Below, in pieces: positions 1 to 12,321 of a DNA stretch of 64,000 nucleotides (positions within the stretch are counted from its first letter, which is position 1; each line of letters starts with the position of its first letter). The notes below the pieces were generated by a model, which saw nothing but the letters and a program-made list of their open reading frames with translations, was not told where the DNA came from and did not search any database. Both the position numbers and the translations under genes were made by a program. This DNA comes from Podarcis cretensis (lineage: Eukaryota): positions 72,850,001 through 72,914,000 of the forward strand of contig OX638150.1 in NCBI GenBank assembly GCA_951804945.1. Reading direction: 5' to 3'.

Positions 1-882
1 GGAAGCATAAGGCAAGACTGGGATGCTTCCATTCCCCGTCTGGTTCACTATCCTGAATGCCTCTTGGACTCGATGACGGACAAACTCAAGAGTCTTGTTG
101 AGGAATCTGAGCTCTTTGGGAAGATAAATGCTGGGATAGAGAGCTCGGCTTTGGTTCCACAGCCACTGCAATTCATCATTCCTCTGCTTCTCAATCTCTG
201 GACATTCTCCGGTGTAATCGGTGCTTTTGTATTCATTGTTATAGCAGTCAGGGAAGCCATAGAAGCCCCAGAAACCCTCCGGCCTCAGGCTTCGGCCAAG
301 CGCCAAAGTCAGCTCCATGAACGCCCGACTCATTTGCTCGAATTCTCGCTTAGCTTCCCTAGCCACCTTATCAGCAGGCCAGTCGGGGTGCTGCTCCTTC
401 ACCAGCTCTATGGATTTATTCTGGTAGATCTGCATGGAGTCCCAGTTGCGAACCCACAAGGGACGCCAGCTCTCCCAGTCCACAACCGCCAGACCTTTGA
501 AACCTGCCTCCGAAATTGTTTTTTCAATATCTTGCCCAGTCTTCCAAAGATGACTATTGAGGCTGGCGTTTTGGGGGGTGCCCCCATTGACTGCTGTGCC
601 GTTCTCAGTGTAGTATGGATAATATCCTAACCTGTTGCTGTAGAAAAGGGTAATGTCGCTCCCTGTGAATGATTCGTTCTGGTTGGCAACCACATCAAAA
701 ATCCCCAAGTCAAGGGATACTCTGTATTTCTCTTCACATTCTTGACTGGGAGCATTCCAGACAGTGATGAATGGGTGATCCAGTATTACAGGGCCTCCAC
801 CAGCCATTCGACGGCTCCAAGCCACTGAGAAAACATCCAGCAAGCAGACCCACAGTGTCAAGTATGCTGTAATAACTGCCAT
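1..882 (-). CDS. HYAL1: Hyaluronidase-1, first (large) coding exon; truncated by the window edge
   Basis: Manual translation of the minus strand from the ATG at 882 is open to position 1 (the ORF track misses it because no stop falls in the window): MAVITAYLTLWVCLLDVFSVAWS... PFITVWNAPSQEC... LFYSNRLGYYPYY... GLAVVDWESWRPLWVRNW... FWGFYGFPDCYN... WLWNQSRALYPSIYLP... IPVLPYAS. It has a signal peptide and the GH56 catalytic DWE motif. GFYGFPDCYN and SRALYPSIY fit HYAL1 better than HYAL3, and the position next to HYAL2 matches synteny. Confidence 0.9.
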   Translation of the reverse strand, partial: MAVITAYLTLWVCLLDVFSVAWSRRMAGGGPVILDHPFITVWNAPSQECEEKYRVSLDLGIFDVVANQNESFTGSDITLFYSNRLGYYPYYTENGTAVNGGTPQNASLNSHLWKTGQDIEKTISEAGFKGLAVVDWESWRPLWVRNWDSMQIYQNKSIELVKEQHPDWPADKVAREAKREFEQMSRAFMELTLALGRSLRPEGFWGFYGFPDCYNNEYKSTDYTGECPEIEKQRNDELQWLWNQSRALYPSIYLPKELRFLNKTLEFVRHRVQEAFRIVNQTGNGSIPVLPYAS

Positions 883-2700
883 TTTGAAGCCGATTTCCTA
901 AGATACCTTTGGAAATTGCTCTAGGCTTTCACCTCCTTTTCAGCACCACCTGCTTCTGGCAGAATAATGTCCCTTCCAGCAAATGGGGAAGTAACCTCAG
1001 CAGAGAGGCAGCAGGGAGAGAAGTTATCAGAGTCAGCAGTTTGCTCTTCTTACCCCATCTCTCAAGAGGAAGAAGCTATAACAGAGGAGAGCTTGTTGGT
1101 CTTCATAATTTTCCTCCTCTGTTTCCAGATTCTTCCAGAAGCAAACCAAGCAGAAAATACATGTCAGAGCCCTACAATGGAAATGTTGCTGGGACTGACC
1201 TTTGGTCTTTGCTTATCCAGTGACTTTGACAAACATTTTGATAGTGTTGGCAGAGTGGGCAAAGGGATCCTTATCCCTTGGACTGCCAGTTCTTTGGTTA
1301 GCAGGTTTGGCTAATCTCTCTGTTTCCATCTTCAAGCAGAATCATGTTCCTCCTCTTCTGGATCATTGCAGGGTCATTCTACAGAGGCGGCCCTCACAAT
1401 GAGGAGGCTGGATGTGTCCAAATAGACAGGACCCTCTGACTGCAGGTTAAATCTCCTATGGTGAAAAAGGGAAGCATCAAGGCAAAACAGGGATCAAATA
1501 ATTGTACTGATGTAGCACATTTCAAGTGTTCAGAGCATTTCAACAAAATATTACCTCAGAAATCCTTAAAGCAGCCCTGAAAGGTATTACTTTCTCAGCA
1601 CCCTTTACAAGTTACAGTTTCCAGGATCTTTTGTGGGAAACCATTAATGTTTGAAGTGGCATGAGAGTGCTTTAAATGTATGGAGCGAGCGATGGTGGTC
1701 TTGTTTCAGTATCAGCAACAGGAGAGCTTCCTCCAGCACACCTGGGGACAGCAGCATAGTTACGGGAATGCAAAACAAGCCACATGGCATAGGTCAGGGG
1801 TGCCCAAACTTTTTCAAAGAGGGCCAGATTTGTTGAAGAGAACATGCGTGAGGGCCGACCAAAATTGATGAGCTTTTTTTAGGATTTCACTCCAAGAAAT
1901 AAACTGCCACAGGGGCTGGGTTAGGCCCCCCAAAACAGACTTTGGACATGCCTGGAATAGGTAACTCTGTCCCCCAGCAGAAGGACACAGCCAGAGGGCA
2001 TAAGAAAAAGGGCTGTGGAGCTGCTACCATTGGCCCCTCTTCCTTGCATGTGTCTATTGAGGCAATCAGCTCTCTCTGCCTAAAAATACAGTCAACTTTG
2101 TAGAGAAGCTTCGAGTCGTTAGTTGCATTGGAAGAGTCAATAATGTTGCCACAGACTCTACTTATAATCAAACAGTTCTGAAACCCACCCACCCACTTCA
2201 AACAGCAATCTGAGATAAACATGAGGGGGGGGATTCACATCATTTTCTACAGATGCTAGGTGGACATCTTGCTACTTGTTTGCATAAAGTACAGTACTGA
2301 CAGGAAAAGTAAGTAGAGGTGACTGAGAAAGAATAAGTATGTAGGCGTGGATAGTTAAGAATGTATTTCATCCTAATATTGCACCCCTAGCTGCCATTCT
2401 TTGAAAGCATTTTCCCTCCTTGGTACTTAGGAGGCTGTTCAAGCACTTAATCTCATTCACTATAGCAAGACCAAGTCATGTGAGATTATTTGAGCCTGCC
2501 AGTCATTAGCAATCACTGACCACCAGTGACAGAGCTGGATCACAGGAGGAAGAGAGTAGGAAGGAAAAAAACAAGCTCCCAGGACAATACCACTACAGTA
2601 TGGGAAGTGGCCCATGAAGACACTCACAGGCATAAGAGTAGGGAGATAGTCTACGAACTGTTGGTCCTGGCGATCATGACGATGAAACATTTGTAGAGTA

Positions 2701-2925
2701 CAGTGGTACCTCGGGTTACATACGCTTCAGGTTACAGACTCCACTAACCCAGAAATAGTGCTTCAGGTTAAGAACTTTGCTCAGGATGAGAACAGAAATT
2801 GTGCTCCAGCGGTGCGGTTGCAGTGGGAGGCCCCATTAGCTAAAGTGGTGCTTCGGGTTAAGAACAGTTTCAGGTTAAGAACGGACCTCCGGAACGAATT
2901 AAGTACTTAACCCAAGGTACCACTG
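2701..2925 (+). mobile_element. Tc1/mariner-pogo-type MITE, family A copy 1
   Basis: Terminal inverted repeats CAGTGGTACCT...AGGTACCACTG flanked by TA on both sides; internal CTTCAGGTTA repeats. Confidence 0.85.
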
Positions 2926-3599
2926 TAATAAATTCTGGAAGAGCTGCAGCAAAAACAAGTCTCTTGTGGAACTTTATGAGTTGTAATCAAGCAAAGCATT
3001 GACATTCCCTCCCCCCCCGCCCATATCACTGCAGACAGATGCTATGGTGGCCTTTTTCTATGCACTCTAATTCTGAGCTTAAGGAATCTAATTTAGATGC
3101 CAATTAGATCAAAGTGATGCATCAGCAATTTCCTTATTTTTATTTATAGATGCACAGGGGGGCTTTGCAAAGTATTTCAGGCTTTCAGCAACAAGGCTCA
3201 AATGTAAACTTTGACAGAGAATAAAGGCTGGGGAATGGAAACTCATTGGTGTTGTATAACTCTTAAGATCTAAGTACCATGAGTAATCTAGCCCTGAACT
3301 ATGTAATCAGACAGACAGTTATTTCCAAGTTTCATCAGAATTCTTTCCCACCCTTGTTAGCTGGAGTAACTGGTGACTGAAGCCAGAATTAAAAGTGCGG
3401 TTTTTGAAATAAAAAAAAATTAAAGAAGATTTTTAAAAATGATTGCTAAACCATTCCCCTCTTGAATTATGAAACAACACATTGTTTCATGCAGTGCAGG
3501 ACAAGAGGTCTTGAGAATTCCGAACTCACTGGCAGACGCTTGGAGCAACCGGCCAGAAATTTTGGGTGGGAGTGTTTCATTACCGTGAAGGCTGACGGC

Positions 3600-4440
3600 T
3601 CCCGCAAATAGAGGGGATGGGAATTAATCGCCAGGAAACGTGCGAGGAAAAAATACCGCACATTAAAAAAAGAGAGACTTACCGGCTCCTGGGGAAGCGG
3701 AATATTCCCCAACCCCGCCCCTTTCCCAAACTTTCGGCCAATGGGGATGGAGAGCGGGGACGTCACTTCCAATACAGGACGGAGGGGGCGCGTGGGTGCT
3801 CGCCAGCTTCATACACGTTCATGGGTGGGATTGAAAGGCGCGTTTTTGCGGGAGGGGAAAGGAAAGTTGGCGGGGACAGGCGGGGTGGATGAGGAAGAAA
3901 GGGTGGGAGACCCGGGGTAGGGCGGGGGTGTTGCTCGAAGCGTTTCTCGTGATGCCCTTGTTGTAAATCTAGCGGGCAAATCCGACTATTATGCTGCACC
4001 CCCATGGAGACCGGAGCGAAAGTGAAGGATTCAGAATTCCGACGCAACCACTGTACACGTGTAAAGTTATATTGCCGTACGAGGCTTCCGCGCCGCCCAT
4101 TTCTGTTTTCCAGGAAGAGGGTCGAGAGGGAAATCGCTCTTTTTCTCTCCCGGGCGCGCTGTTTTGGAGGTCGGGGCCATGGGGGGGGCGCTGATCGGCA
4201 GAGGGCAGCAGCGATCCCACGCCTGCAACCCGGGAGGGCGAGGCGCAAGGCGGGGGAACAAATCCCTCTTTCCTTCGGAGTCTGGTTTCTATTATGCAGC
4301 CTGTCCCGCTTGCTTGGGCTCCGAGGAGGGGGCGGAAGGGGTTTCGGCGAAAGGAAACAATTAAGCTCTGCAGCTTCTGGAGGCAAAAGCCCGGGCTGTG
4401 CAGCTGTGGACCGTGGAGGCTTAACTCTTCCCTCTCCAGG
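3600..4440 (-). promoter_or_regulatory. CpG island; likely HYAL1 promoter with a non-coding first exon
   Basis: Dense CpG/GC content, GC boxes (ccccgccc 3713-3720), CCAAT at ~3738, and an ETS/CRE composite GGAAGTGACGTC at ~3759-3770 (minus). A consensus splice donor CCG|GTAAGT lies on the minus strand at 3682-3677. Confidence 0.7.
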
Positions 4441-5253
4441 ACGGGCGATGCAAACCTATAAATTACTAGAATTTTAAATTTCACAAAGGCAAGCCAATGA
4501 CTTTCCCGTTCAGATCTCTCACCTGCACCGATAGCTGCTCGACGGGAGCCTGGATGATGCAGAGCAATCGAAAGTGGGCAATTCAAAGAGGCAGCATTTT
4601 TAAAAGTGATAAAAGACGCAGGCAATCAATGGGGAGAGTGACCTGATGGGTACTGTGCTGTATTTGAAGCCACAAAAATTAGACTGACTTCAGTTCACAC
4701 ACCTAGGGTTAACTATATATATTTTCTAATCCCCGAGAAACTTCTGTTCTACCCTTAAAAGCTGTATGATAGGCAGGAATTCAACAGGCACAGCTTCCTC
4801 TTGCAGTGTGATAAATGACAGGAGTTGAGGGAAAGCGGCACCTGTTCTTTTCCTCTTTCTAATGTTACAAGAGCCCTGGCGGGTGGGATGGAGGAGAAGT
4901 AGCAACTTGAGTCTAAGCTTTGAGATGGTCTTTCCTGCCACTGGAGGCTTAATTTGAGGCAGACTTTGCCCTGGAAATTTTTCAGCAGCTGGACTCAGCC
5001 TTCAATTACACAAAATAAATGCAGTACAGTACCTTTCGACATATACAGAGCGTTCCCTGTCGCTACAATCCACCAATTTCATCTGGGCTATCAAAGCAAT
5101 AATTTAGGCACAGTCTCTTGCAGTTTTTAAGCAAAAGGGTTGTTCCGTGCACAATTGAAAGGCACTCTGCATATGCTCAGAGCCACTTTGCCATAATCGT
5201 TTAAAAGAGTGTTCCCAAAAGAAAGACAAGAGTTTTTGAACACTAAACGTAGT

Positions 5254-5391
5254 TGTTGTTGTTTAGTCGTTTAGTCGTGTCCGACTCTTCGTGACCCCAT
5301 GGACCAGAGCACGCCAGGCCCTCCTGTCTTCCACTGCCTCCTGCAGTTTGGTCAAACTCATGTTTGTAGCTTTGAGAACACTGTCCAACCA
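5254..5391 (-). mobile_element. 5'-truncated BovB/RTE LINE 3' end
   Basis: (GTT)n tail followed by tagtcgtgtccgactcttcgtgaccccatggac, typical of the BovB 3' end in reverse. 12-bp TSD ACTAAACGTAGT at 5242-5253 and 5392-5403. Confidence 0.8.
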
Positions 5392-6433
5392 ACTAAACGT
5401 AGTAGCCACACTCTTATTCAACCTTCCTCAGCCTGGCACCCTCCAAATATTTTGGACTCCAGTTGCCCATCACCCCTGACCATTTACCATATTGGGTGGC
5501 GTGGATGAGAGTTGGAGGTCACTGAGATCCCCACCCCTGCTTTTAGACACTGCCTGTTTCTCAGCATCAGCTTCTAATTATTAGCAAAGTGGAACAACTG
5601 ATTCAATCCAGCTAATTATTGTCCAGTTGGCTCAGTTATGCTGTGAAGAGCTGACCTCAATTACCAGAACTAATTCAGTCTTGCAAAGTAGATTTCTTTC
5701 TTTCTTTTGTCCAGCTCCCTAAAGCATGTCAGTTTAAATTATAATATGCCATCCTAACTGGAAGATGAAGCAGTCCTGTAAACAACTACTCACCCCAGTA
5801 AAATGCGACACAAGTTATACAATAGAGAAAGATAGCTTCCCCAAAGCATCCTGGTAACCTACTCTGGGAACTGTAGTTCTGTGGGGGAAATCACAACCCC
5901 CTGGTGCCCTGAACAAGCTACCCTTCTTCTCAGGAAGATTTGGGCAAAAGTCCAGGACACCTAATCATCACTCTCCTTGCAGGGCACTGGAATGGACTGG
6001 CACTGCTTGGAGTGTGACTTCAAAGGTACCTCTTGCAGCTGTGAGGATGTCAGCACTTTCAGGCGCTAGATGCACAGCAACAACCCCCACGTATGTCACT
6101 TCCTGTCCTTTTATATTCCAGGATCACCGCATCGCACGGATACTATCTGTTCCGCCTTGTGCGGTGGGCGGGATTGAAAAATCATTTGGACAAAAATTGG
6201 GATAGGAGCCTGGTCCCCCCCAGCCACCTCAGACCCCAGGCTAAAGTGAAGCAAGCAATAAGCTGTTTGATTTCCTTTTGCCCTAAGTCCCAGCTGCAGC
6301 CACCTGAGTACCAACGTCTGTGTGCTGCTCTGTTACCAACATTCCCTGGCAGAATGATGGCAGTTTCCATGCACAGTCCTTAGTCTCTGATGAGTTGTGG
6401 GGTGGGCAAGTTGGGCATTTCAAACATCCAGTA

Positions 6434-6662
6434 CAGTGGTACCTTGGGTTACATACGCTTCAGGTTACATATGCTTCAGGTTACAGACTCCACCAACCTC
6501 GGGTTAAGAACTTTGCTTCAGGATGAGAACAGAAATCGTGCTCTGGTGGCGCAGTGGCAGCAGGAGGCCCCATTAGCTAAAGTGGTGCTTCACGTTAAGA
6601 ACAGTTTCAGGTTAAGAACGGACCTCCGGAACGAATTAAGTACTTAACCTGAGGTACCACTG
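6434..6662 (+). mobile_element. MITE family A copy 2
   Basis: Same TIRs, TA flanks and internal sequence as 2701-2925. Confidence 0.85.
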
Positions 6663-7187
6663 TATTTTTATGTAAAGGGTCACAGCATTTTCAGCTGATC
6701 CATTTGGGCTTGCAGTACATGTGTCTGTGGCACAACTGCAGTAATAGAAGGGACTGAGCAATCATAACAGAATTCAGTGGGGGAAACGTATCCACACAAC
6801 AGCAGTGTAACTTTGCAGCAAATGATAAATGAATATGCATTTATTCTACCACCCCACCCCATCCCCCCAAAACCCCAACTGAGTATGTGGGAAAGATCCC
6901 TAGACTGTGGCAACAGGAGTCACCAGTAGATGTCTCCCTCATTCTTGTCCTAGATTGTGCAATTCAGAACTGTTCTAGTGAGAATGATGAAACTGAGCTT
7001 TGGGAAAGGCGATAGTTGTTGGATTTATGAGAACAACTTTCTGTAAATTCTTTGTCCAAACAAACCCCACAAATTAGGCAGAATGGTGACCCTATTGTGT
7101 TTCCACAGCTGGCCTACACAGATTCTCCTGGTGGGGAAAGTGACAGAAAATTGAACTGCAGGGATCAGTTCCTGAAATTTCAAGATA

Positions 7188-7395
7188 CAGTGGTACCTTG
7201 GGTTACAAACACCTTGGGTTACAGACTCCGCTAACCCGGAGTAGTACCTCAGGTTAAGAACTTTACCTCAGGATGAGAACAGAAATTGCGCGCCATCAGT
7301 GCGGCGGCAGCGGGAGGCCCCATTAGCTAAAGTGGTGCTTCAGGTTAAGAACGGACCTCTGGAACGAATTAAGTTTGTAACCAGAGGTACCACTG
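7188..7395 (+). mobile_element. MITE family A copy 3
   Basis: Same TIRs and TA flanks. Confidence 0.85.
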
Positions 7396-10199
7396 TACCT
7401 AGGTATGGAGTTTGGTGGGTAGAGTAGACTCTCTTCTACAGCTCGCTGCAAACATTCCAGTCAGCCCCTGCAATAAAACAAAGAGGCTCGGAATCCATGC
7501 CTTTCTGAAATGATAAACGTTATGTTGGTGAAGAGCAATCTCCCTTGATGAGACAGAGCTTGAAAATGGAGGTGGGTGGAAGGAGGGGAGCGGCGAACAT
7601 TCTTGGCAAGCGCATCAGAGGAAAAAAGAAAGCAAACACTCTACGTGGGGTTCAGTTTCTCTCCAGGCCTCCTACTCTGTTGGTCTCTGCACTTTCCAGA
7701 CAAATTTTAATAAACACACTTTGACTGCTAAACTCACAGTAGTGCCAGTCCAATGTCAACAATAGTATAGTATTCTGTTCCCATTAAATAGGGAGAGAGA
7801 GTCATGGTAGCTTTCTTACCAGTTTTTAGGGATGGGAAGAACAGCCTCTCTCCTGCCTGACACTTTAAAAAGAAAACAGGAAGGATGTGTGCTGGAGTTC
7901 ACACCCTGTACTAAGTTAAGTTTCCACTTCTTAATAACTGAGAATAACAGAGAAGCTACAAAGGACAAATGGGATTGGTGGCATTTTACCACTTTTAAAG
8001 AAATATATGTTTCAGTGGTGTGGTTGCATGCAATGCAGCTTCTGCATCAAATTGCAAGGTGGGATGAACTGAGCAGGAAAGGGTATTACTTTTCTCAGTG
8101 GCAGAGTAACATGTCCCTTCAGCAGGCATAGAGGAAAGACATCTGGATCTCACATAAAAAATGAGAAACCACTATAGTTACACTTCTCCCTAGGCCTAAA
8201 TAGGCTCCAGGACTCCTGTTTTCTAAGGCAGCCCATAAACTCTCTGCAAAATCTTATTCAACCAACATTTTAAACAACTCTTATAGCCTGATCCTAGGCA
8301 TCTTTACTCCAAAGGAAGTTCCACTAAGTTCAGAGGGGTTTACTGCAAAGTAAGTTTATACAGGGTTGCAGCCTTGTATATTGGATTGCAGCTGCAATCG
8401 AGGGAGGCATATCTGTAGAAAACTAACCCACTCACCCCCAATAAGTTTAAAACCATGTAGGTAGTGCTTCTACCTTCAAGTGTAATTTGGAATCAGTTTT
8501 ACAACTTGCTAAAGAAGACAGACTGTATGTTGTCCGGAACTAGATATGAGGGAGGGAGGTGGCTGTTGTGCACATTACCTACTAACCCAGTGATGTGGTC
8601 TCTCTGTGTCTATCTCCCACGCATTGCACCCCAACCCCCAGACACTCTACCTTTCTCCCCAGTTTGCACTCAGAAAGACTCCCTCCAGCACCCATTCTGC
8701 CACTTACCCAGTATTGCCTTATGTATGACATTTTAGGGGCCTTCCATCGGGGCACGAGGAGACCTTTTGCACCTTCATATGAACAACTGGATCCCTAATA
8801 ACATGAACTGCAAGACTGCTCAACTATCTATAAGGATCAAGCACACTCAGTAACACACTAAACATTGATTTGGAGGTGCACTCTTAGAAGGCCCTTCACA
8901 CCTGTTTCTTTTTAAGAAAGATGGGGGGAGAAATCTCCAGATATGCAACTTCATGTAATGCCCCCCACCCAGTGGGTGCATACCCTCCAACATTTCTCCG
9001 ATGGAAATAGGGACATCCCGTTCCATAATGATACTTTTACTATTTATACGCCACACATCTTATTACAAACCACTCTGGGCAGCTTCCAACATACATAACC
9101 ACTTATTAACCACTCTTGGCAGCTTCCAACATACGTAAAAACATACTAAAACATTCAACATTTTAAAAAACACCCTTCCCTATACAGGATTGCCTTCAGA
9201 CAGCTCGGGGGTTGGATAACTCCATACCCTCCAACATTTATCTGGTTGCTCACTGTGAGAACAGCGTGCTGGACCAGACAGATGGACTTTCAGCCTGATC
9301 CATCAGGGATCATATTATGTTCCTAAACAAGGATGTGAGTGGGGTAGTGGGTGAGAAGGAAAGATTTCTTTGCTTTACTGCTGGGTGATCTGCTTTGCTC
9401 TGCATAAAGAGTCCTGGTTGGCTTTCCCATCCCCCTGCCCAGTAGCAATGCCTATGCAAGAGGCCCCCTCTTCCCCTCGCTTCCTTCTCTGTTGTTCTGT
9501 GGTTAGGATTAGCCACACAAAGCCCTTTTTCAGTACCAGACTCGAGGCTGTGAGTGGCCACAGCAGCGAAGGCTGATGATTATTTAGTGGCATTAGCATG
9601 ATGAAAGCGGAGAGGGCGATTCCAATGGCCCACAGAGAAAGCATTTCATTCACCTCCCATAGCTATTGACATCAGCATGAGAACAAGGGGGTGAAATTTG
9701 CCATTGTGCTATCAGGGGCACCAGTGGTTTGATCTCTAGCTCTCAGAAAACTCAAGACAGTGGATGGGAACCATCAGCTCTCGCTCGTCTTCAAGGACCT
9801 CTAAACCAGGGATGGATGAGCCGTGGCCTTTCAGGTATCGCCACAACATCCCCGTCCATTGGCCAGGGTTAACAAGTGTTTAGGTCCAAGAATATCTGGA
9901 AGGCCACAAATTTCCTAAGCATGCTATAACTTCTTCCCACTTCACAGGATGATGGTGATGCTGCCATGTATGCCTTTCTCTCAAACACCCCCCCCCCAAA
10001 AAGAGGCTGCTACTTCTGCTCCCTCCTCCCAAGGCAGCACTGCCACACCTCATGGTGGGTAACTGAAGTATCTCTGAGGAAACTGAATCAAAGCGCCTTT
10101 TGAAAATTGCCACCACCTGAAGTTCTTTGTCATGCACTGAACAAAACTAAGAGACAGATCTCTTAATGACCAGGCCAGGAAGCTTTTAAACAAGAATTA

Positions 10200-10430
10200 C
10201 AGTGGTACCTCAGGTTACAGACGCTTCAGGTTACAGACACTTCAGGTTACAGACTCTGCTAACCCAGAAATAGTACCTCGGGTTAAGAACTTTGCTTCAG
10301 GATGACAACAGAAATTGTGCGGCGGCAGTGGGAGGCCCCATTAGCTAAAGTGGTACCTCAGGTTAAGAACAGTTTCAGGTTAAGAACGGACCTCCAGAAC
10401 GAATTAAGTTCTTAACTCGAGGTATCACTG
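10200..10430 (+). mobile_element. MITE family A copy 4
   Basis: Same TIRs and TA flanks. Confidence 0.85.
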
Positions 10431-11586
10431 TAATTAACCCACACACACCCCAGCAAGAGAGCTTTGGGGCTGGGGTAAGAGGTCTTCTGGCTCACACTTA
10501 AAAATACCCAGGATTGTATCCACGCTGGGTTTGAGAAACTGTTTTGAAGTACAGGGATTGGAATTTATTTTAAATGATCGTGTTATACAGAGGATTGGCC
10601 ACAGAACAAATCTTCAGAAATCGGCACATTGCAGATTTCGTAAAAGTGCACTGAACACATTTGTTTTGTGTTAGTCCTTTGAAAACAGAATGACACATCT
10701 TCTAGCTACATAACTGTGACCTATAATTTTGTAATTCATGATATATATATCTATATCTGTCATGCTTAGCCACTGTTCTCTTTCAAAGAATGACGGTTAA
10801 AATGACTAGTTAAAGAATGATAAAAGCTGGGAGTTTTCTGCTTTTTCAATGCATACCTATGGGCAAAGTGCGGGTGGCAATTCACGTTTAAGTGACTGTG
10901 AGTACCGAATCAGGGGTAATCATTAAGAATTCTAGATCCATAAATCCAGAGTAAGAATTAGGAATTTGTGTAGGTGCATAGACTGGCTGGTTCCCTACAA
11001 AGTGTTAAAACTGTAAGCATTCACACACCACATCCCCAAGCATTTCACATGGCTTTTAGTAACCTTTCTCCAAGTGTCTCTGCTCAAGAATTTGGCATGG
11101 CCTTAAACAAAAGACAACTAGTTTCTGCCTGACTACGACAAGTAGAGGTGGAACTTGACAGCACAAAGCATATTCCAGACTCAGAGAGGGAACCGTGCAA
11201 TCAATGTGACAAAAGAGAGAATAAAACAGGGGAAATGCTTTCTGTTCCAGTGTCTTGAATATATGGAAATGTGTGTGGGGAAAGCCATGAAAGGCTGAGA
11301 AAGGGAGCACATTGAAAAGCAAGAAGATGAAGGGAGAAAACATGTTCGATCCTGGGAAAAAGATTTAGAGAAGGGAAATAAATGGCAGCCTGCCATCAGA
11401 TCAGCCGTGGGCTGGTATATACTCTGGAGAAATCAAACACAAGGACAAGCCAAGGCTTGCATTGGTTGTGGCTTCCGAAAAAAACTACAGATAACTGCCC
11501 ACATAAGCAGCACTGGCAATCCTTGTGCAACACTCTGCCCTCCTAGGAAGATAGCAACTGAGCTTTGATTTGTTGGCGCCCTTTGT

Positions 11587-11602
11587 GGCACTAGGGGGCG
11601 CT
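11587..11602 (+). promoter_or_regulatory. CTCF-like binding site between HYAL1 and HYAL2
   Basis: GCACTAGGGGGCGC, one mismatch from the CTCF core CCASYAGRKGGCRS, with CpGs preserved in otherwise CpG-poor DNA. Confidence 0.45.
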
Positions 11603-12081
11603 CTCCTACTGAACGGAAAGCAGGAGGACGTTCAGCACTGACCCTCGCACAGTAGATGTTTTGACAGGGACTCCCAAGGGAGCGATATTCCTTGTTTTTC
11701 CAAAGCTAAGATGGAGAAATTGTGCACTCCTGGTTCTCAGGCAAAGGGTGGGGAACAGACCAACCTCCCTCATCCCCCAGCTCACACATTTGTCTAAAGA
11801 AACAAGTGGACTAGATTTGCCTCTGGACAAAGCATCTTCATGCATAACCTCACAAATATTAATAGGACATGAGATGAGACAAAGTGTACAGACACTATTC
11901 TCATTTGGGGGGGGGATGAATTAGCTTGCTCCCCCATTTCAGCATTTTACTTTGTGCCCACCCCCAGAAAAATTCCTGTGCTACTATTATAGGTCCTGTT
12001 TTCCCTTTCCCAAATAGCAGTCTAATCAGATGCTTAATTGCTCCAGTTATCTGAACCGTATCCGTGGAGATTAATCTTATG

Positions 12082-12321
12082 CAGGGGTCAGCAAACTTTT
12101 TCAGCAGGAGGCTGGTCCACTGTCCCTCAGACCTTGTGTGGCCAAACTATTTTTTTGGAAGGGGGAATGAACAAATTCCTATGCCCCACAAATAACCCAG
12201 AGATGCATTTTAAATAAAAGGATACATTCTACTCATGTAAAAACGCCTGATTGTCCGCAGGCCGGACTGAGAAGGCGATTGGGCCAGGTCCGGCCCCCGG
12301 GCCTTAGTTTGGCTACTCATG
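12082..12321 (+). mobile_element. hAT-type MITE, family B
   Basis: CAGGGGTCAGCAAAC...GTTTGGCTACTCATG ends; 8-bp TSD ATCTTATG/ATCTTACG. Confidence 0.8.

Noticed and set aside
64-630. 188-aa plus-strand ORF
   Set aside because: Antisense shadow of the HYAL1 exon.
3763-4625. Overlapping 150-220 aa ORFs on both strands
   Set aside because: Stop-poor, GC-rich CpG island; no recognisable protein.
2701-10430. Recurrent CTTCAGGTTA repeats resembling a CRISPR-like array
   Set aside because: They are subterminal repeats of a eukaryotic MITE, with no unique spacers or cas genes.
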